A stretch of DNA of 64,000 nucleotides from an uncultured Coriobacteriaceae bacterium (GCA_964349355.1 CAYGFZ010000001.1:12441-76440); one strand, 5' to 3'; shown: positions 8,883 through 22,197, numbered from the stretch's first letter. Translations and numbers: made by a program. The notes: generated by a model not told the origin, from the sequence alone.

Positions 8883-9131
8883 CTACTTGTAGCTGTCTTT
8901 GACCCGATCGTAGCCAACGTCGCCCGAGGAGATCTCCTCAAGAGCGAGTGTCAGGGGCTTGGTGCTCGTGATCGCTGAGATCTGCGACGGCGCCATCGTG
9001 AGCAGCGCCTGGTCACGCACACCGTGCAGCATATCGTTGATCTGGCGCGCCCGGCGGGCCGACAGGATGCACAGCGTGTACTTCGAGTCGACCTTCGAGA
9101 GCAGGCTATCGATCTCAGGCTGGATGACCAT
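8883..9131 (-). CDS. rpoZ: DNA-directed RNA polymerase subunit omega
   Basis: 82 aa; IDSLLSKVDSKYTLCILSARRARQIN is the canonical omega core. Confidence 0.95.
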   Translation of the reverse strand: MVIQPEIDSLLSKVDSKYTLCILSARRARQINDMLHGVRDQALLTMAPSQISAITSTKPLTLALEEISSGDVGYDRVKDSYK

Positions 9132-9139
9132 GTGCGGTA

Positions 9140-9745
9140 TCAGTCCTTCTGTTCGTTGTCGCGCGTTCGCGCGTGGGATTCGACGATGTGTGCGAGTTCG
9201 GTCGTCGCTCGCACTACGTCGTCATTTATTACCACATAGTCGTACGTTCCCGCAATCTTGAGTTCGTCAACCGCGGTACGCAATCGGCGCTCGATCTGTT
9301 CGGGAGTCTCGCTTCCCCGGCCGACCAGTCGCCGTCTTAACTCCTCGAAAGACGGCGGTTCGACGAACACGAGTACAGCCGAGGGCATCGCCGCCTTGAC
9401 CTGCGCCGCACCCTGCGGATCGATCTCGAGAATCACCTGTTCACCCACCGAGGAGTGCTCCTCTACTGTGGAGCGCAGGGTGCCGTACCGATTCGTATGC
9501 ACCTCGGCCCACTCGAGGAAGCCGTCAGCGGCGACGAGGCCGTCGAAGTGTTCGGGCGTGATGAAGTAGTAGTCTACCCCGTCGACCTCACCTGGCCGCG
9601 GTAGCCGTGTGGTCGCTGAGACCGAAAGCCATAGTCCGGGGACCCTGTCGAGCAACGCCCGCACCAGGGTCCCCTTGCCGGCCCCGGAGGGACCCGAGAC
9701 GATGAACACATCGCCCCGGTTGTTCCCCCCGTGGAGTGAATTCAC
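9140..9745 (-). CDS. gmk: guanylate kinase
   Basis: P-loop VSGPSGAGKGTL; gmk-rpoZ synteny. Confidence 0.95.
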   Translation of the reverse strand: MNSLHGGNNRGDVFIVSGPSGAGKGTLVRALLDRVPGLWLSVSATTRLPRPGEVDGVDYYFITPEHFDGLVAADGFLEWAEVHTNRYGTLRSTVEEHSSVGEQVILEIDPQGAAQVKAAMPSAVLVFVEPPSFEELRRRLVGRGSETPEQIERRLRTAVDELKIAGTYDYVVINDDVVRATTELAHIVESHARTRDNEQKD

Positions 9746-9773
9746 TTCGATCGCGATCCGGCTCGGCCGAAGC

Positions 9774-10082
9774 CTAACCGAGCTTCTCCATCAGAGCCTC
9801 ACGCTGACGGGCACCCAGGCCCTGGATCCGGCGGCTGTCGGAGATTCCCAGCTCCTCCATGATCTTGGTGGCCTTCGCCTTGCCGTAGCCGGGAAGGCTT
9901 TCAAGCAGGGTCGAGACCTTCATGCGAGCGACGATGGGATCGTCGCTCTTGGCCATCACATCAGCGAACGACATCTTACCGTCCTTGATCTTCGCGCGCA
10001 GTTCGGCACGCTTCTGGCGCGCCTCTGCTGCCTTCTTGAGAGCAGCCCGGCGATCCGCATCTGAAAGGTTCGGAAGTGCCAT
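9774..10082 (-). CDS. mihF: actinobacterial integration host factor MihF
   Basis: MALPNLSDADRRAALKKAAEARQKRAELRAKIK...LLESLPGYGKAKATKIMEELGI. The track ORF is over-extended; the ATG at 10082 has AGGAGG upstream. mihF-gmk-rpoZ synteny. Confidence 0.85.
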   Translation of the reverse strand: MALPNLSDADRRAALKKAAEARQKRAELRAKIKDGKMSFADVMAKSDDPIVARMKVSTLLESLPGYGKAKATKIMEELGISDSRRIQGLGARQREALMEKLG

Positions 10083-10127
10083 CGTTCCTCCTCGTCCTCT
10101 GGGCGGAGCTGTACACGACGCCCCACG

Positions 10128-10157
10128 ATTGTACGCACAACCACGCAACGCTTACAA
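10128..10157 (-). promoter_or_regulatory. candidate mihF promoter (TTGTAA-18-TACAAT)
   Basis: Minus strand reads ggTTGTAAgcgttgcgtggttgtgcgTACAATcg, about 45 nt upstream of the mihF ATG. Confidence 0.3.
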
Positions 10158-10210
10158 CCAGAACACAGATGCGATGTTACGCTTGACCTGCGGAGATGCC
10201 AACCCTCAAC

Positions 10211-10804
10211 TTACAGACGGCGACTTCCGGGGGAGTCGATCGGGACTCCGGATGCACAGTGGCCACACTCCGAGGGGTCCCAGGATTCGACCTCAAGTCT
10301 CAACAGAGGGATGAGTTCATCGCCGAATCGCTTCGACCCACCGCGGTCGATCAACGAGACAACGCCGGCGACCTCGCCGCCCCGTTCTCGAACAAGAGCT
10401 GCCACCTCTGCGACCGAACCACCCGTCGTGACCACGTCTTCTACGATCAGGACACGAGCACCCTCAGGCACATCGAACGACCGGCGGAAGGTCATCGTGC
10501 CGTCCTCCCGTTCACTGAAGATGAACCTGACCCCTAGAGCTTGCGCGACAGCGAACCCGATGATGATGCCCCCGACGGCAGGTGCGGCCACAAGATCGAT
10601 CCTGCGACCAGAAACTCTTTCGGCGGCGGTTCGCGCGAGGCGTGTCGTCAACGCTGGATCCTCGAGAACCCGCGCACATTGGACGTACGTGTCCGAGTGA
10701 CGGCCGCTCGTTAACTTGAAGTGCCCGCGCAGGATGGCGCCTGCTTCTTCAAGCGCGTTCAGGACCTCGGACTCGGTCATGATGTCGGTTCCACCAGGAT
10801 TCAT
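10211..10804 (-). CDS. pyrE: orotate phosphoribosyltransferase
   Basis: FKLTSGRHSDTYVQ and PRPP-binding loop VLIVEDVVTTGGS. AAGGAG lies 7 nt upstream of the ATG at 10804. Confidence 0.9.
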   Translation of the reverse strand: MNPGGTDIMTESEVLNALEEAGAILRGHFKLTSGRHSDTYVQCARVLEDPALTTRLARTAAERVSGRRIDLVAAPAVGGIIIGFAVAQALGVRFIFSEREDGTMTFRRSFDVPEGARVLIVEDVVTTGGSVAEVAALVRERGGEVAGVVSLIDRGGSKRFGDELIPLLRLEVESWDPSECGHCASGVPIDSPGSRRL

Positions 10805-10814
10805 CTACCGCTCC

Positions 10815-11546
10815 TTACCCTTCGTCGATGATGCGCTCGACCGCTGCGACCGGGGAGTCGGCGCCGGTGATCGGACGCCCGATGACCAGATGGCTGGCGC
10901 CGGCACCGAGCGCATCGGCAGGTGTCGCGATCCTGGCCTGATCTCCCGTCGCCGCCCACGCAGGCCGCACTCCGGGAGTGACCACAAGAGCCTCCGGCCC
11001 GAGAAGCCCTCGCGCGTCCAGCGCTTCCTGCGGAGAGCACACGACCCCTTGTACTCCTGCTTTGCGCGCGAGGCGCGTCAGCAGCGCGACCTGTGCGGCA
11101 GGGACTCCGTTGACTCCGGTCGCGGCCAGAGCCGCCTCGTCGATGCTCGTCAGGACCGTCACCGCGATCACGTCCGGGGTATCGGCCCCACACTCCCGGC
11201 TCCCATCACAGGCGCCCTGTATGGCCGCTTCCATCATCGCGATGCCGCCAGAAGCGTGCACGGTGAACATACTGGCTCCGAGCCGTGCGATCTGACGCGC
11301 GGCCCCCTCGACCTGATGAGGGATATCGTGCAGCTTCAGATCGACGAAAACCCGGAACCCCATATCAGTCAATCTGGCCACGATCTGAGGGCCTTCAGCG
11401 TAATAGAGGGTCATACCGACCTTCAGCCACGATACGTGACCCTGAAGACTGCGAGCCAGTGTGAGTGCGGTGTGCGCGTCAGTGTCAAGTGCGACTATGA
11501 TCGCGTCGCGCGTCCTGCCGTCCCTGTCACCCGTGCCCATACTCAT
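10815..11546 (-). CDS. pyrF: orotidine 5'-phosphate decarboxylase
   Basis: IIVALD...LKVGMTLY...FVDLKLHDIPHQV motifs. Confidence 0.9.
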   Translation of the reverse strand: MSMGTGDRDGRTRDAIIVALDTDAHTALTLARSLQGHVSWLKVGMTLYYAEGPQIVARLTDMGFRVFVDLKLHDIPHQVEGAARQIARLGASMFTVHASGGIAMMEAAIQGACDGSRECGADTPDVIAVTVLTSIDEAALAATGVNGVPAAQVALLTRLARKAGVQGVVCSPQEALDARGLLGPEALVVTPGVRPAWAATGDQARIATPADALGAGASHLVIGRPITGADSPVAAVERIIDEG

Positions 11547-11555
11547 CGTGTACTC

Positions 11556-12938
11556 TCACCACCCGTCGATCGAGATCGGACGTTGCGGGCCCTCCCAGAT
11601 ACTCTCACGGGAACCACCGCGCTCATCGAAGCGAGTGACGACCGTGCGGATCGATGCGTCACGATCGCTCCACTCTTCGTCCAAGATCAGGATGCCGCCA
11701 TCAGGATGCCACACAGCACCGTAGTTGATCGGCAGATGACCGAGCTGGGTCGTCTCATCTGGAGTCATGAGCCAGATCGACTCGTCAGCGAGAATCATCA
11801 CTTCCGCCTGTCCCGCGCCGATGATGCTCAGGTTCCACGAGCGGTCCCACTCCTCAGGCACAGATAGGTCGTCGAACCGATTCGCATGAAATGAGACGCC
11901 CTCCGGCTCAATCGCAACAAGACGAGTCGCACCTTCCCGCTCGTCAGCCTCGTACGCTTCCTCGTTGATCTTCGTGGCAAAGAGAACGTCGTCTGAAGGA
12001 TGCCACGCGGCGACTGCCGCACTCGCTCCCATGCCGACGTGCCCACGCATCTCGGCGACGACGCCCCCCTCGACTGCGTCGACGACGAGTATCCGTGCCG
12101 TATCGGACACCTCTTCCGACTCCCCGGTCTCTTCGGGCTGATCGGAGCCACCAAAGAGCATATCCCACCAGGAGATCCCCTCATCGAAGAATGGCATCTC
12201 GGTGATGGGTGAACGTTCGACAAGGGCAAGGAACCGGCCCGAAGGCGACCAGCCTACGATGTCGAAGGTGCCGAATCCCGCGGGAAGCACGACCTCGCGA
12301 GTCTCGCCAGGAGAGGCCTGGCTCTCGATCAGAAGCCGCGATGGGTAGACTCCCCTGCTGGCATCGACCTGTGGATACACCGTCAACTCCGCTGGACCTG
12401 GCCAGGCCGTCCAGCTGGGATTGGGGTTGTCAGCGGGACGGGGGCTGCTCTCGGAAAGATCCCACGTGTACAGTTCATCCGGAGCACTGTCACCCAGCGG
12501 ATGCACCCGACCTGAGGTCGGAGCCGCGCTGTCCCCCGCAGGGACCAGCCATGCGACCCATCCGAAGTGCTCGACCGCAAGAACGTGATAGCCGGCCTCC
12601 GTCCGCGTCTCGTCGGTCTCGCGATCCCAGACGACCACCAGCGGTTCCTCATCGGCGGTGAAGGTCTGGATCACAGCGTAGCGCCCGTCCCCACTCCAGC
12701 GGACGAACTCGGCACCCGACTGAAACGTCTCCACAACGCCCTCGAACGCGGTCCGGGCAACGAAGACCGATGCGACACTACAGACACAACATAGAAGCAG
12801 TGCCACGACCACCGCGACGAGAACCACTGCGACCGATGCCCGACGCCGCGGCTCCGATTCCGTCGGTATCGGCTCGGGGATCGGCGCAGGCTGATCGGAC
12901 GGTGCCTGGGGGAGGTTCCCGTCACTGTGTTCAGACAT
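11556..12938 (-). CDS. hypothetical membrane-anchored protein with PD40/TolB-like beta-propeller repeats, embedded in the pyr operon
   Basis: 460 aa. Pro-rich N-terminus, one TM helix (VAVVLVAVVVALLLCCVCSVASVFVA), then repeated W-S/H-P/G-D/S-G motifs: WSGDGRYAV, VVVWDRETD, WSPSGRFLAL, AAWHPSDDVLF, AVWHPDGGILIL. The start overlaps the pyrD stop by 8 nt, and the stop lies 9 nt before the pyrF start. Confidence 0.75.
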   Translation of the reverse strand: MSEHSDGNLPQAPSDQPAPIPEPIPTESEPRRRASVAVVLVAVVVALLLCCVCSVASVFVARTAFEGVVETFQSGAEFVRWSGDGRYAVIQTFTADEEPLVVVWDRETDETRTEAGYHVLAVEHFGWVAWLVPAGDSAAPTSGRVHPLGDSAPDELYTWDLSESSPRPADNPNPSWTAWPGPAELTVYPQVDASRGVYPSRLLIESQASPGETREVVLPAGFGTFDIVGWSPSGRFLALVERSPITEMPFFDEGISWWDMLFGGSDQPEETGESEEVSDTARILVVDAVEGGVVAEMRGHVGMGASAAVAAWHPSDDVLFATKINEEAYEADEREGATRLVAIEPEGVSFHANRFDDLSVPEEWDRSWNLSIIGAGQAEVMILADESIWLMTPDETTQLGHLPINYGAVWHPDGGILILDEEWSDRDASIRTVVTRFDERGGSRESIWEGPQRPISIDGW

Positions 12939-13857
12939 CCAGTGCCCCCGTAAGATCCTTTACCGATCGAATGGCGCGGGCGTGGCAGAGCTCGGCCAGA
13001 CCGTCGACGATGCGAACCGTACTCGTCGGGTCCACGAAGTTGGCGGTACCCACGGCTACCGCGGTCGCACCTGCAAGCATGAACTCGGCGGCGTCCTCGG
13101 CGGTCATGATGCCTCCCATCCCGACCACAGGGATACTCACCGCTCCGGCGACCTGCCAGACCATCCGCAAGGCGACAGGCTTGATCGCCGGTCCAGAGAG
13201 CCCCCCGACGACCCGTGCAAGTCTCGGCCGGAACGTCTTAGCATCTATCGCCATCCCGAGGAGTGTGTTGATCAGCGAGACTCCATCAGCGCCCGCGGCC
13301 TCGACGGAGCGGGCCACCTCGACGATGTCGGTGACGTTGGGCGAGAGCTTGACGATGAGCGGACGATTCGTGACCGCTCGGCACACGGCGGTGACCTCGC
13401 TGGCTGCGGCACAATCGGTACCGAAGGCCATACCGCCGGCATCGACGTTGGGACACGAGATGTTGACCTCGTAGGCGTCGACATGCGATTCGCGGTCGAG
13501 ACGCTCGATCACCGCAGCATACTCGGCCACCGTATGACCGGACACGTTCACAATGACCGGGACGCCCGGGGCATTCTCGGCGAGCCATACGAGGTCTGTC
13601 GCACAGAACTCTTCGACACCGGGGTTTTGCAGGCCGATGGAGTTGAGCATCCCGCTAGATGTCTCAGCGATCCGAGGAGCAGCATTGCCCTCCCACGCCT
13701 CAAGCGAGACTCCCTTGGTGACGATGGCGCCAAGGCGCTTCAGGTCGATGAAGTCAGCATACTCCCGACCGCTGGCGAACGTGCCAGAGGCGGTCAGGAC
13801 CGGGTTGGCGAGCTCAAGCCCGGCCAGGTTCACTCTCATGTCCACGCGACTGCTCAC
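12931..13857 (-). CDS. pyrD: dihydroorotate dehydrogenase B, catalytic subunit
   Basis: LANPVLTASGTF, GAIVTKG, NISCPN, GGI..AEDA motifs of class 1B DHODH. GTG start with an AGGA SD. Confidence 0.9.
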   Translation of the reverse strand: MSSRVDMRVNLAGLELANPVLTASGTFASGREYADFIDLKRLGAIVTKGVSLEAWEGNAAPRIAETSSGMLNSIGLQNPGVEEFCATDLVWLAENAPGVPVIVNVSGHTVAEYAAVIERLDRESHVDAYEVNISCPNVDAGGMAFGTDCAAASEVTAVCRAVTNRPLIVKLSPNVTDIVEVARSVEAAGADGVSLINTLLGMAIDAKTFRPRLARVVGGLSGPAIKPVALRMVWQVAGAVSIPVVGMGGIMTAEDAAEFMLAGATAVAVGTANFVDPTSTVRIVDGLAELCHARAIRSVKDLTGALDV

Positions 13858-13889
13858 AGGTGGTCCTATCCTCTACCTCGACTTGATGG

Positions 13890-14726
13890 TCAGTGTCCGG
13901 GTCCTGTACCAGGCGAGTCCCACAGGACCTCCTCGGCCGGGAAGACAGGGCCGTCGACACAGGCGCGCTTCAGTCCGGAGGTCGTGCTCACCACACACGA
14001 GAGACAGGCGCCGATGCCGCACGCCATCAGCCGCTCAAGCGACACCTGACACGGTACATCGACCGCCGCTGCCTGACTTGCGACGATCCGCTGCATGACC
14101 TCGGGTCCGCAGGTATAGATGACGTCGAACCTTCCCTCCCGCAGGAGAGATTCGCACACACCCGTGACGAACCCATGGGTGCCGCACGAACCGTCATCGG
14201 TCGCGACCACAACGCGGCGGGCGACACGTTCGAAGAGGTCCCGGCCCAGCAGGCGATCTTCGCAGGGAGCGCCTGCGGCGACCGTGACAGCGACCCCGCG
14301 TGCGGCAAGGTCCTCGGCAAGCATGCCGAGGGGCGCTGCACCGAGGCCCCCCGCGACGAGTAGCGCATGAGCGGTGTCGTCGGGGATGTGCCACCCGGTA
14401 CCGAGCGGTCCGAGGAGGTCCATCCTGTCATTCGGCTGTACCTCAGCGAGGAATCGCGTGCCGGCACCGAGCACCTGATAGAGGATCTCGATCCGCTCAC
14501 CGCTCGCCCGATAGACCGAGAACGGTCGTCTGAGCAAGAAGTCGGTCCCACGGGCGATCCGCAGATGTACGAACTGACCGGGGCAAACAGATGCGGCGCT
14601 GTGAGGTGCGTCGAGAATGAGCAGACCGACTCCCTCCGACACGCGATCGTTCGCGACCACGGTCACGTGTTCGAGCGAAGGCGCGACCCGGCGATGACTG
14701 CACTCTGCGCCACCCGATTCGATCAC
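13890..14726 (-). CDS. pyrK: dihydroorotate dehydrogenase B, electron-transfer (FAD/2Fe-2S) subunit
   Basis: FNR-like fold (RRPFSVY) and C-terminal Cys cluster [10 protein letters not shown]. The start overlaps the carB stop. Confidence 0.85.
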   Translation of the reverse strand: MIESGGAECSHRRVAPSLEHVTVVANDRVSEGVGLLILDAPHSAASVCPGQFVHLRIARGTDFLLRRPFSVYRASGERIEILYQVLGAGTRFLAEVQPNDRMDLLGPLGTGWHIPDDTAHALLVAGGLGAAPLGMLAEDLAARGVAVTVAAGAPCEDRLLGRDLFERVARRVVVATDDGSCGTHGFVTGVCESLLREGRFDVIYTCGPEVMQRIVASQAAAVDVPCQVSLERLMACGIGACLSCVVSTTSGLKRACVDGPVFPAEEVLWDSPGTGPGH

Positions 14727-17700
14727 ACTCCCCCACCCGCCCCATCATCGAAGTCCTGCAGAGCGACCACATCGAGTCGCCCATCGGTCCCGAGAGCGGC
14801 TTCGATCGCATGGACGACCGCGCTGGCCGCCTGGGCCGTGGTGATGTTCGTGATGCCGTGGCGGATCGCCGCCGCACGGATATGATAGCCGTCCGAGCGG
14901 GTCTCCTGCCCGAACGGCGTGTTGATGACGAGTTGCACCTCGCCGTTCTTCATCGCATCGACGATGTTCGGACGACCCTCATGGACCTTGAGCACCTGCG
15001 TCACAGGTATACCGGCCGCCTTCAGGCTTCGGGCCGTCCCGCCGGTAGAGAGGATCTCGAACCCGAGGGTGTGCAGGTGCTTGACGACCGGGAGGATCGC
15101 ACGCTTGTCGCGGTCGCACACGCTCACGAACGCAGTCCCGCTCGTGGGGAGCGAGTAGTCGATCGCCAGCTGCGACTTCGCGTAGGCTGCCGGGAAGTCA
15201 GCCGCTACCCCCATCACCTCGCCCGTCGACTTCATCTCAGGACCGAGGACCGAATTCGCACCCGGGAAGCGGCCGAAAGGCATGACCGCCTCCTTCACGC
15301 AGTAGCGGCCCAGGTCCCGGCCCTCCTCGGGCAGGCCCATCTCTGCGAGCTTCTCGCCACCCATCACGCCAGCAGCCACCTTGGCGAGCGGGACTCCCGT
15401 CGCCTTGCTCACGAACGGTACGGTACGACTCGCGCGCGGGTTGACCTCCAGCACGTAGACCGACTGGTCCTTGACCGCGAACTGGATGTTGATGAGCCCA
15501 TGCACTCCAAGCTCGAGTGCGAGGGCGCGAGCGTACTCGACGATGAGCTCGATAGTGTCGGTTCCGAGGGAGAACGGTGGGATACAGCAAGCCGAGTCGC
15601 CCGAGTGGATGCCTGCCTCCTCGATGTGCTCCATCACGCCGCCCACATAGACGGTCTCACCGTCGCACACTGCATCGACGTCGACCTCGATTGCTCCTTC
15701 GAGGAACCGGTCGAGGAGAACGGGGTGCTCTGGCGAGACGCTCGCCGCTTCCGCCATGTACTTCTCAAGGTACTGTTCGTCGTAAGCGATGACCATGCCC
15801 CGGCCACCGAGCACGTAACTCGGACGCACCAGCAGCGGGAATCCGATGCGGCGCGCGACTTCGACGGCCTCGGCGTGCGTGTACGCTGTACCGGCCGCCG
15901 GATAGGCGATACCGAGGCGGTCGAGCACCCCTGAGAAGCGCTGCCGGTCCTCGGCCAGGTCGATCGCTTCGGGCGCGGTACCCATGATTGGAACACCTGC
16001 GTCCTCAAGAGCATGCGCGAGCTTCAGGGGCGTCTGACCACCGAATGTCACGACGACACCCTCGGGCCGCTCTGCCTCGACGATGTCCATGACGTCCTCG
16101 AAGGTCAGCGGCTCGAAGTAGAGGCGGTCTGAGGTGTCGTAGTCGGTCGAGACCGTCTCGGGGTTGCAGTTCACCATGATCGTCTCGAAACCGAGCTCAG
16201 ACAGCGCGTACGCGGCGTGCACGCAGCAGTAATCGAACTCGATGCCCTGTCCGATACGGTTGGGCCCTGCGCCGAGGATCATCACCTTGCGCCTGTCACT
16301 CGGCGCGACCTCGTCCTCTTCCTCGTATGTCTTGTAGTAGTAGGGAGTACCCGCTGCGAACTCCGCGGCGCAGGTGTCGACCGACTTGAAGGTAGCCTTC
16401 ACCCCGAGGTCGAGCCTTCTTGTTCGGACCTCGGCCTCGGTCACACCCAGAAGGTAGGCGATCTGTAGGTCGGCAAGACCGTGCTGCTTCGCGCGGCGCA
16501 CCAGGGCCTCGTCAACTGCATCGAGGGATCCTGCCGAGAAGATCTCGGCCTCGATACCGACCGCCCGCTCCAACTGCGACAGGAACCACGGATCGATGTG
16601 CGTCAAGTGATGAACATCCTCGACCGTGCGGCCGCGCCTGAACGCCTCGGCGATGTAGTAGACCCGCTTCTCGGTCGGCGTTGAGAGCATCGCGTCGAAC
16701 TTGTGCTCGTCGAACGTGTCGCGCCCGTCGGCCCCCAACCCCGCACGCCCGTTCTCCAGTGACCGCATGGCCTTGCCGAACGCCTCGGCGAATGTCCGGC
16801 CGATGGCCATCGCCTCACCCACCGACTTCATCTTGGTGGTGAGTGTCGTGTCCGTACCCGGGAACTTCTCAAACGCCCAGCGCGGGATCTTCACGACCGT
16901 GTAGTCGATGCTCGGCTCGAAGCACGCGGGCGTCATCTTGGTGATGTCGTTGGGAATCTCGTCGAGCGTGTAGCCGACGGCCAGCTTTGCGGCGAACTTC
17001 GCTATCGGGAAGCCTGTCGCCTTGGACGCGAGCGCCGACGAGCGCGAGACCCGCGGGTTCATCTCGATGACCACGAGATGGCCGTTAACAGGGTTCACCG
17101 CGAACTGGACGTTGGAGCCGCCGGTCTCGACACCGATCTCACGCATGATCGCAAGCGAGGCATCCCGCATCATCTGGTACTCGCGGTCAGTGAGCGTCTG
17201 TGCGGGCGCGACAGTAATCGAGTCCCCGGTGTGCACGCCCATCGCGTCGAAGTTCTCGATCGAGCAGACGATGACCACGTTGTCCTTGCGGTCGCGCATG
17301 ATCTCCATCTCGAACTCTTTCCAGCCGATGACGCTCTCTTCGATCAACACCTCGGCGACCGGAGACAGCGAGAGTCCGCCTGCGACTATCTCGCGCAACT
17401 CCTCGACGTTGTACGCGATTCCGCCGCCCGCACCGCCGAGCGTGAACGACGGCCTCACGACGACCGGGAATCCGAGCTCTCGCGCGAACTTCTCGGCGTC
17501 GCGCAAGGAGTACGCGTAACCGCTCTTGGGCACGTCTAGACCGATGCGCCCCATCGCCTCCGCGAAGAGCTTGCGATCCTCACCCATCTTGATGGCATCG
17601 AGCCTCGCGCCGATGAGTTCGACGCCGTACTCGTCGAGCACGCCCGACTCCGCAAGCGCAACGGCGCAGTTGAGCCCTGTCTGCCCGCCGAGGGTGGGCA

Positions 17701-17959
17701 GCAGCGCATCGGGGCGCTCACGAGCGATGACACGGGTGACGAACTCGGGCGTGACCGGCTCGACATAGGTGCGGTGCGCGAGTTCGGGATCGGTCATGAT
17801 CGTGGCGGGATTGGAGTTGACGAGAACGACCTCGTAGCCGTCCTCGCGCAACACCTTGCACGCCTGGGCGCCCGAGTAGTCGAACTCACACGCCTGGCCG
17901 ATGATGATCGGGCCCGAACCGATAACCAGGATCTTTTTGATGTCATCGCGACGTGGCAC
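14723..17959 (-). CDS. carB: carbamoyl-phosphate synthase large subunit
   Basis: 1078 aa; duplicated ATP-grasp halves. N-terminus [30 protein letters not shown]. Confidence 0.97.
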   Translation of the reverse strand: MPRRDDIKKILVIGSGPIIIGQACEFDYSGAQACKVLREDGYEVVLVNSNPATIMTDPELAHRTYVEPVTPEFVTRVIARERPDALLPTLGGQTGLNCAVALAESGVLDEYGVELIGARLDAIKMGEDRKLFAEAMGRIGLDVPKSGYAYSLRDAEKFARELGFPVVVRPSFTLGGAGGGIAYNVEELREIVAGGLSLSPVAEVLIEESVIGWKEFEMEIMRDRKDNVVIVCSIENFDAMGVHTGDSITVAPAQTLTDREYQMMRDASLAIMREIGVETGGSNVQFAVNPVNGHLVVIEMNPRVSRSSALASKATGFPIAKFAAKLAVGYTLDEIPNDITKMTPACFEPSIDYTVVKIPRWAFEKFPGTDTTLTTKMKSVGEAMAIGRTFAEAFGKAMRSLENGRAGLGADGRDTFDEHKFDAMLSTPTEKRVYYIAEAFRRGRTVEDVHHLTHIDPWFLSQLERAVGIEAEIFSAGSLDAVDEALVRRAKQHGLADLQIAYLLGVTEAEVRTRRLDLGVKATFKSVDTCAAEFAAGTPYYYKTYEEEDEVAPSDRRKVMILGAGPNRIGQGIEFDYCCVHAAYALSELGFETIMVNCNPETVSTDYDTSDRLYFEPLTFEDVMDIVEAERPEGVVVTFGGQTPLKLAHALEDAGVPIMGTAPEAIDLAEDRQRFSGVLDRLGIAYPAAGTAYTHAEAVEVARRIGFPLLVRPSYVLGGRGMVIAYDEQYLEKYMAEAASVSPEHPVLLDRFLEGAIEVDVDAVCDGETVYVGGVMEHIEEAGIHSGDSACCIPPFSLGTDTIELIVEYARALALELGVHGLINIQFAVKDQSVYVLEVNPRASRTVPFVSKATGVPLAKVAAGVMGGEKLAEMGLPEEGRDLGRYCVKEAVMPFGRFPGANSVLGPEMKSTGEVMGVAADFPAAYAKSQLAIDYSLPTSGTAFVSVCDRDKRAILPVVKHLHTLGFEILSTGGTARSLKAAGIPVTQVLKVHEGRPNIVDAMKNGEVQLVINTPFGQETRSDGYHIRAAAIRHGITNITTAQAASAVVHAIEAALGTDGRLDVVALQDFDDGAGGGV

Positions 17960-17994
17960 GCGGGCTCCTTCTCTTCGTTTACGCGGTTTGCGTC

Positions 17995-19257
17995 TTACTC
18001 GCTCGCAATCACTGACAGGTAGTCGTCGCGGCCATCCATCATCGCCGCAAACGCATCGAACAGGTAGCGCGCGTCATGCGGACCGGGAGCGGCCTCGGGA
18101 TGGTACTGAACCGAGAACGCCGGACAGTCCAGGAGGCGGACCCCCTCGGTAGTCATGTCGTTGAGGTTGACGTGTGTGAGCTGCACGCGGCCGAACCGCT
18201 CCGAGCGCACCACCGGGGCGACGCCGGCCGCGGCCCAAGCCGCCAGGTCACCGGCATCGTGGTTCAGGTCGCTGGACTCCCCGGCTAGCAACGGCCCGAT
18301 CGAAGCGAAGTCAACACAGAAGCCGTGGTTCTGGCTCGTGATCTCGACACGTCCCGTGAGGAGGTTCTTCACCGGCTGATTGCCGCCGCGGTGGCCATAC
18401 TTGAGCTTGTAGGTGTCGCATCCGACGGCAAGCGAGAGCATCTGATGCCCGAGGCAGATACCGAACACCGGCACCTTCCCGAGCAACTCCTGCAGGGTGC
18501 CGTAAAGGTAGTCGACCGCTGCCGGGTCGCCGGGTCCGTTCGCAACGAAGACGCCGTCTGGTCCGTGGGCAAGGACCTCGGCGGCAGAGGTCGTCGGAGG
18601 CACGACGAGGATATCGCAGCCTGTCTCGGCGAGGTTCCGCAGGATGTTGTACTTGATTCCCGAGTCCAGTGCGGCCACGCGATAGCGCGGGGACACCGGC
18701 AGCACTCCGGTGTCGACCGGGATCTGACCGTGCGGCCCCTCCATCCCCCACCGATAGGGTTCGGCGACCGCCACCTCTGCGACGAGGTCACGTCCGACGA
18801 GCCCCGGGGACTGGGCAGCCTTGGATACAAGCGAGGCGGGGTCGAGATCTGTTGTTGAGATGACTGCGCGCATGGTACCTGCGTCGCGGATGTGCCTGGT
18901 AAGTCGCCGGGTATCGACGCCATCGATCGCGACGATGCCGTTGCGCGCGAGAAAGGCTCCCAAAGTCTCCTCGGAGCGCCAGTTCGACGCCACCTCGGAG
19001 AGCTCACGCACCACGAAGCCCGTCGCGAACACGCCGCGGGACTCCATGTCGGCGCCGTTCACACCGTAGTTGCCGATATGTGGACTCGTCATCGCGATGA
19101 TCTGGCCTGCATACGAAGGGTCCGTCAGCACCTCCTGATAGCCGGCCATCGAGGTGTTGAACACCACCTCGCCGGTCGCTTCACCTGCGGCGCCGCACGC
19201 GCGGCCAGCGAACACCGTCCCGTCTTCGAGTGCGAGTAGTGCGGGGATTGCGCTCAC
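17995..19257 (-). CDS. carA: carbamoyl-phosphate synthase small (glutaminase) subunit
   Basis: LEDGTVF.G...[13 protein letters not shown] and glutaminase GICLGHQ motifs. GTG start. Confidence 0.95.
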   Translation of the reverse strand: MSAIPALLALEDGTVFAGRACGAAGEATGEVVFNTSMAGYQEVLTDPSYAGQIIAMTSPHIGNYGVNGADMESRGVFATGFVVRELSEVASNWRSEETLGAFLARNGIVAIDGVDTRRLTRHIRDAGTMRAVISTTDLDPASLVSKAAQSPGLVGRDLVAEVAVAEPYRWGMEGPHGQIPVDTGVLPVSPRYRVAALDSGIKYNILRNLAETGCDILVVPPTTSAAEVLAHGPDGVFVANGPGDPAAVDYLYGTLQELLGKVPVFGICLGHQMLSLAVGCDTYKLKYGHRGGNQPVKNLLTGRVEITSQNHGFCVDFASIGPLLAGESSDLNHDAGDLAAWAAAGVAPVVRSERFGRVQLTHVNLNDMTTEGVRLLDCPAFSVQYHPEAAPGPHDARYLFDAFAAMMDGRDDYLSVIASE

Positions 19258-20533
19258 TCAGTCGACCACCTTTCCGTTCTTGAGGGCGAACTGGCCACCG
19301 ACGAGCACATCGGTCGCCTTCCCCAGAAGTGTCGCGCCGAGGAAAGCCGAGTTGGCCGACTTCGAGACGAACCACTCGCGCCTGACCTCGACACGGGCTT
19401 CCGGATCGATGATCGTAAGGTCGGCGACCGCCCCGGGTTCCAGCCGGACCAGCGGGAGTCCGAACGCCGCACGTGGAGCGTGCGCCATGACCCGCGCGAG
19501 ATCTGTCCACTCCATGCGCCCGGGCTGAACGAGATGGGTGATCATCAGCGAGAGTGCTGTTTCCAGCCCGGTGGTTCCAAACGGCGCCAACTCGAACTCA
19601 AGCTCCTTGTCGTGAGGAGCGTGCGGAGCATGGTCCGTGGCGACGCAGTCGATCGTGCCGTCGAGCAGCGCCTCGATCAGCGCCTCTCGGTCCGCGGCGG
19701 TCCGCAGTGGCGGGTTCATCTTCAGTGACGTTTCGTACGCCGTGGTTATGACGTCCTCATCGAGGAACAGATGATGAGGGGTGACCTCGGCAGTCACCGC
19801 CACACCCCGCGCCTTCGCCTCGCGGACGAGCGCAACGGAACCGGCGGTCGAGAGGTGTGCAAGGTGCAGGCGGCAGCCCGTCAGCTCAGCGAGCCGGATG
19901 TCACGAGCGACCATGACCTCCTCGGCGGCGGCGGGTTGGCCGGACAGTCCGAGGCGGGTCGAGACGACACCCTCGTTCACCACACCGTCGCCAGCAAGCG
20001 ACTCGTCCTCGCAGTGACTCACCACGATCGCGCCGAACGCGTTGGCGTAGTCCATACAGCGGCGCATCATGGCAGCCGTCTGTACGCCGCGTCCGTCATC
20101 GCTGAAGGCGACGGCTCCCTCTGCGAGCATATCGCCCATCTCGGCGAGCGCTTCGCCCTTCTGCCCGGCCGTGAGCGCACCGATCGGATGGACGCGGACC
20201 ACGCCGGTCTCCTCGGCGCGCTCGATGAGAAAGCGGACCGCTGAGCCCGTGTCGCACACCGGAGAGGTGTTCGGCATCGCGCAGACCGCTGTGAAGCCGC
20301 CGTGAGCCGCGGCGCGGGTACCGCTCGCGACCGTCTCCTTGTCCTCGCGCCCAGGCTCACGCAGGTGCGTGTGCAGGTCCACGAGACCGGGGACAACGAT
20401 CTTCTCGGCACACTCGACCGTGATGCCTTTGGGAATGGTGAGGTCCTCGCCGATCTCGACGATCTTTCCGTCCCGAACGATCATGTCTGCAACGCGATCG
20501 ACTCCGGCCCCGGGGTCGACGAGCCGTCCGCCC

Positions 20534-20550
<17 letters not shown>
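19258..20550 (-). CDS. pyrC: dihydroorotase
   Basis: VDLHTHLREPG metal motif. I prefer the GTG at 20550 (GGAGGTGA 6 nt upstream, giving M-ALLLKGGRLVDP) over the track start at 20559. Confidence 0.9.
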
Positions 20551-22143
<1,593 letters not shown>

Positions 22144-22164
22144 TCACCCGGTCGTCGCTCTGTT

Positions 22165-22197
22165 CCCTTGCCGGCCTCACGGGACCGGTCTTAAAGG
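22165..22197 (-). promoter_or_regulatory. PyrR-binding RNA element (anti-antiterminator loop)
   Basis: Minus-strand CCUUUAAGACCGGUCCCGUGAGGCCGGCAAGGG resembles the PyrR binding-loop pattern CUUUAA..GUCCAGAGAGGCU...AAGG. Its GGCAAG can alternatively pair with CUUGCC, the 5' arm of the downstream terminator. Confidence 0.7.
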
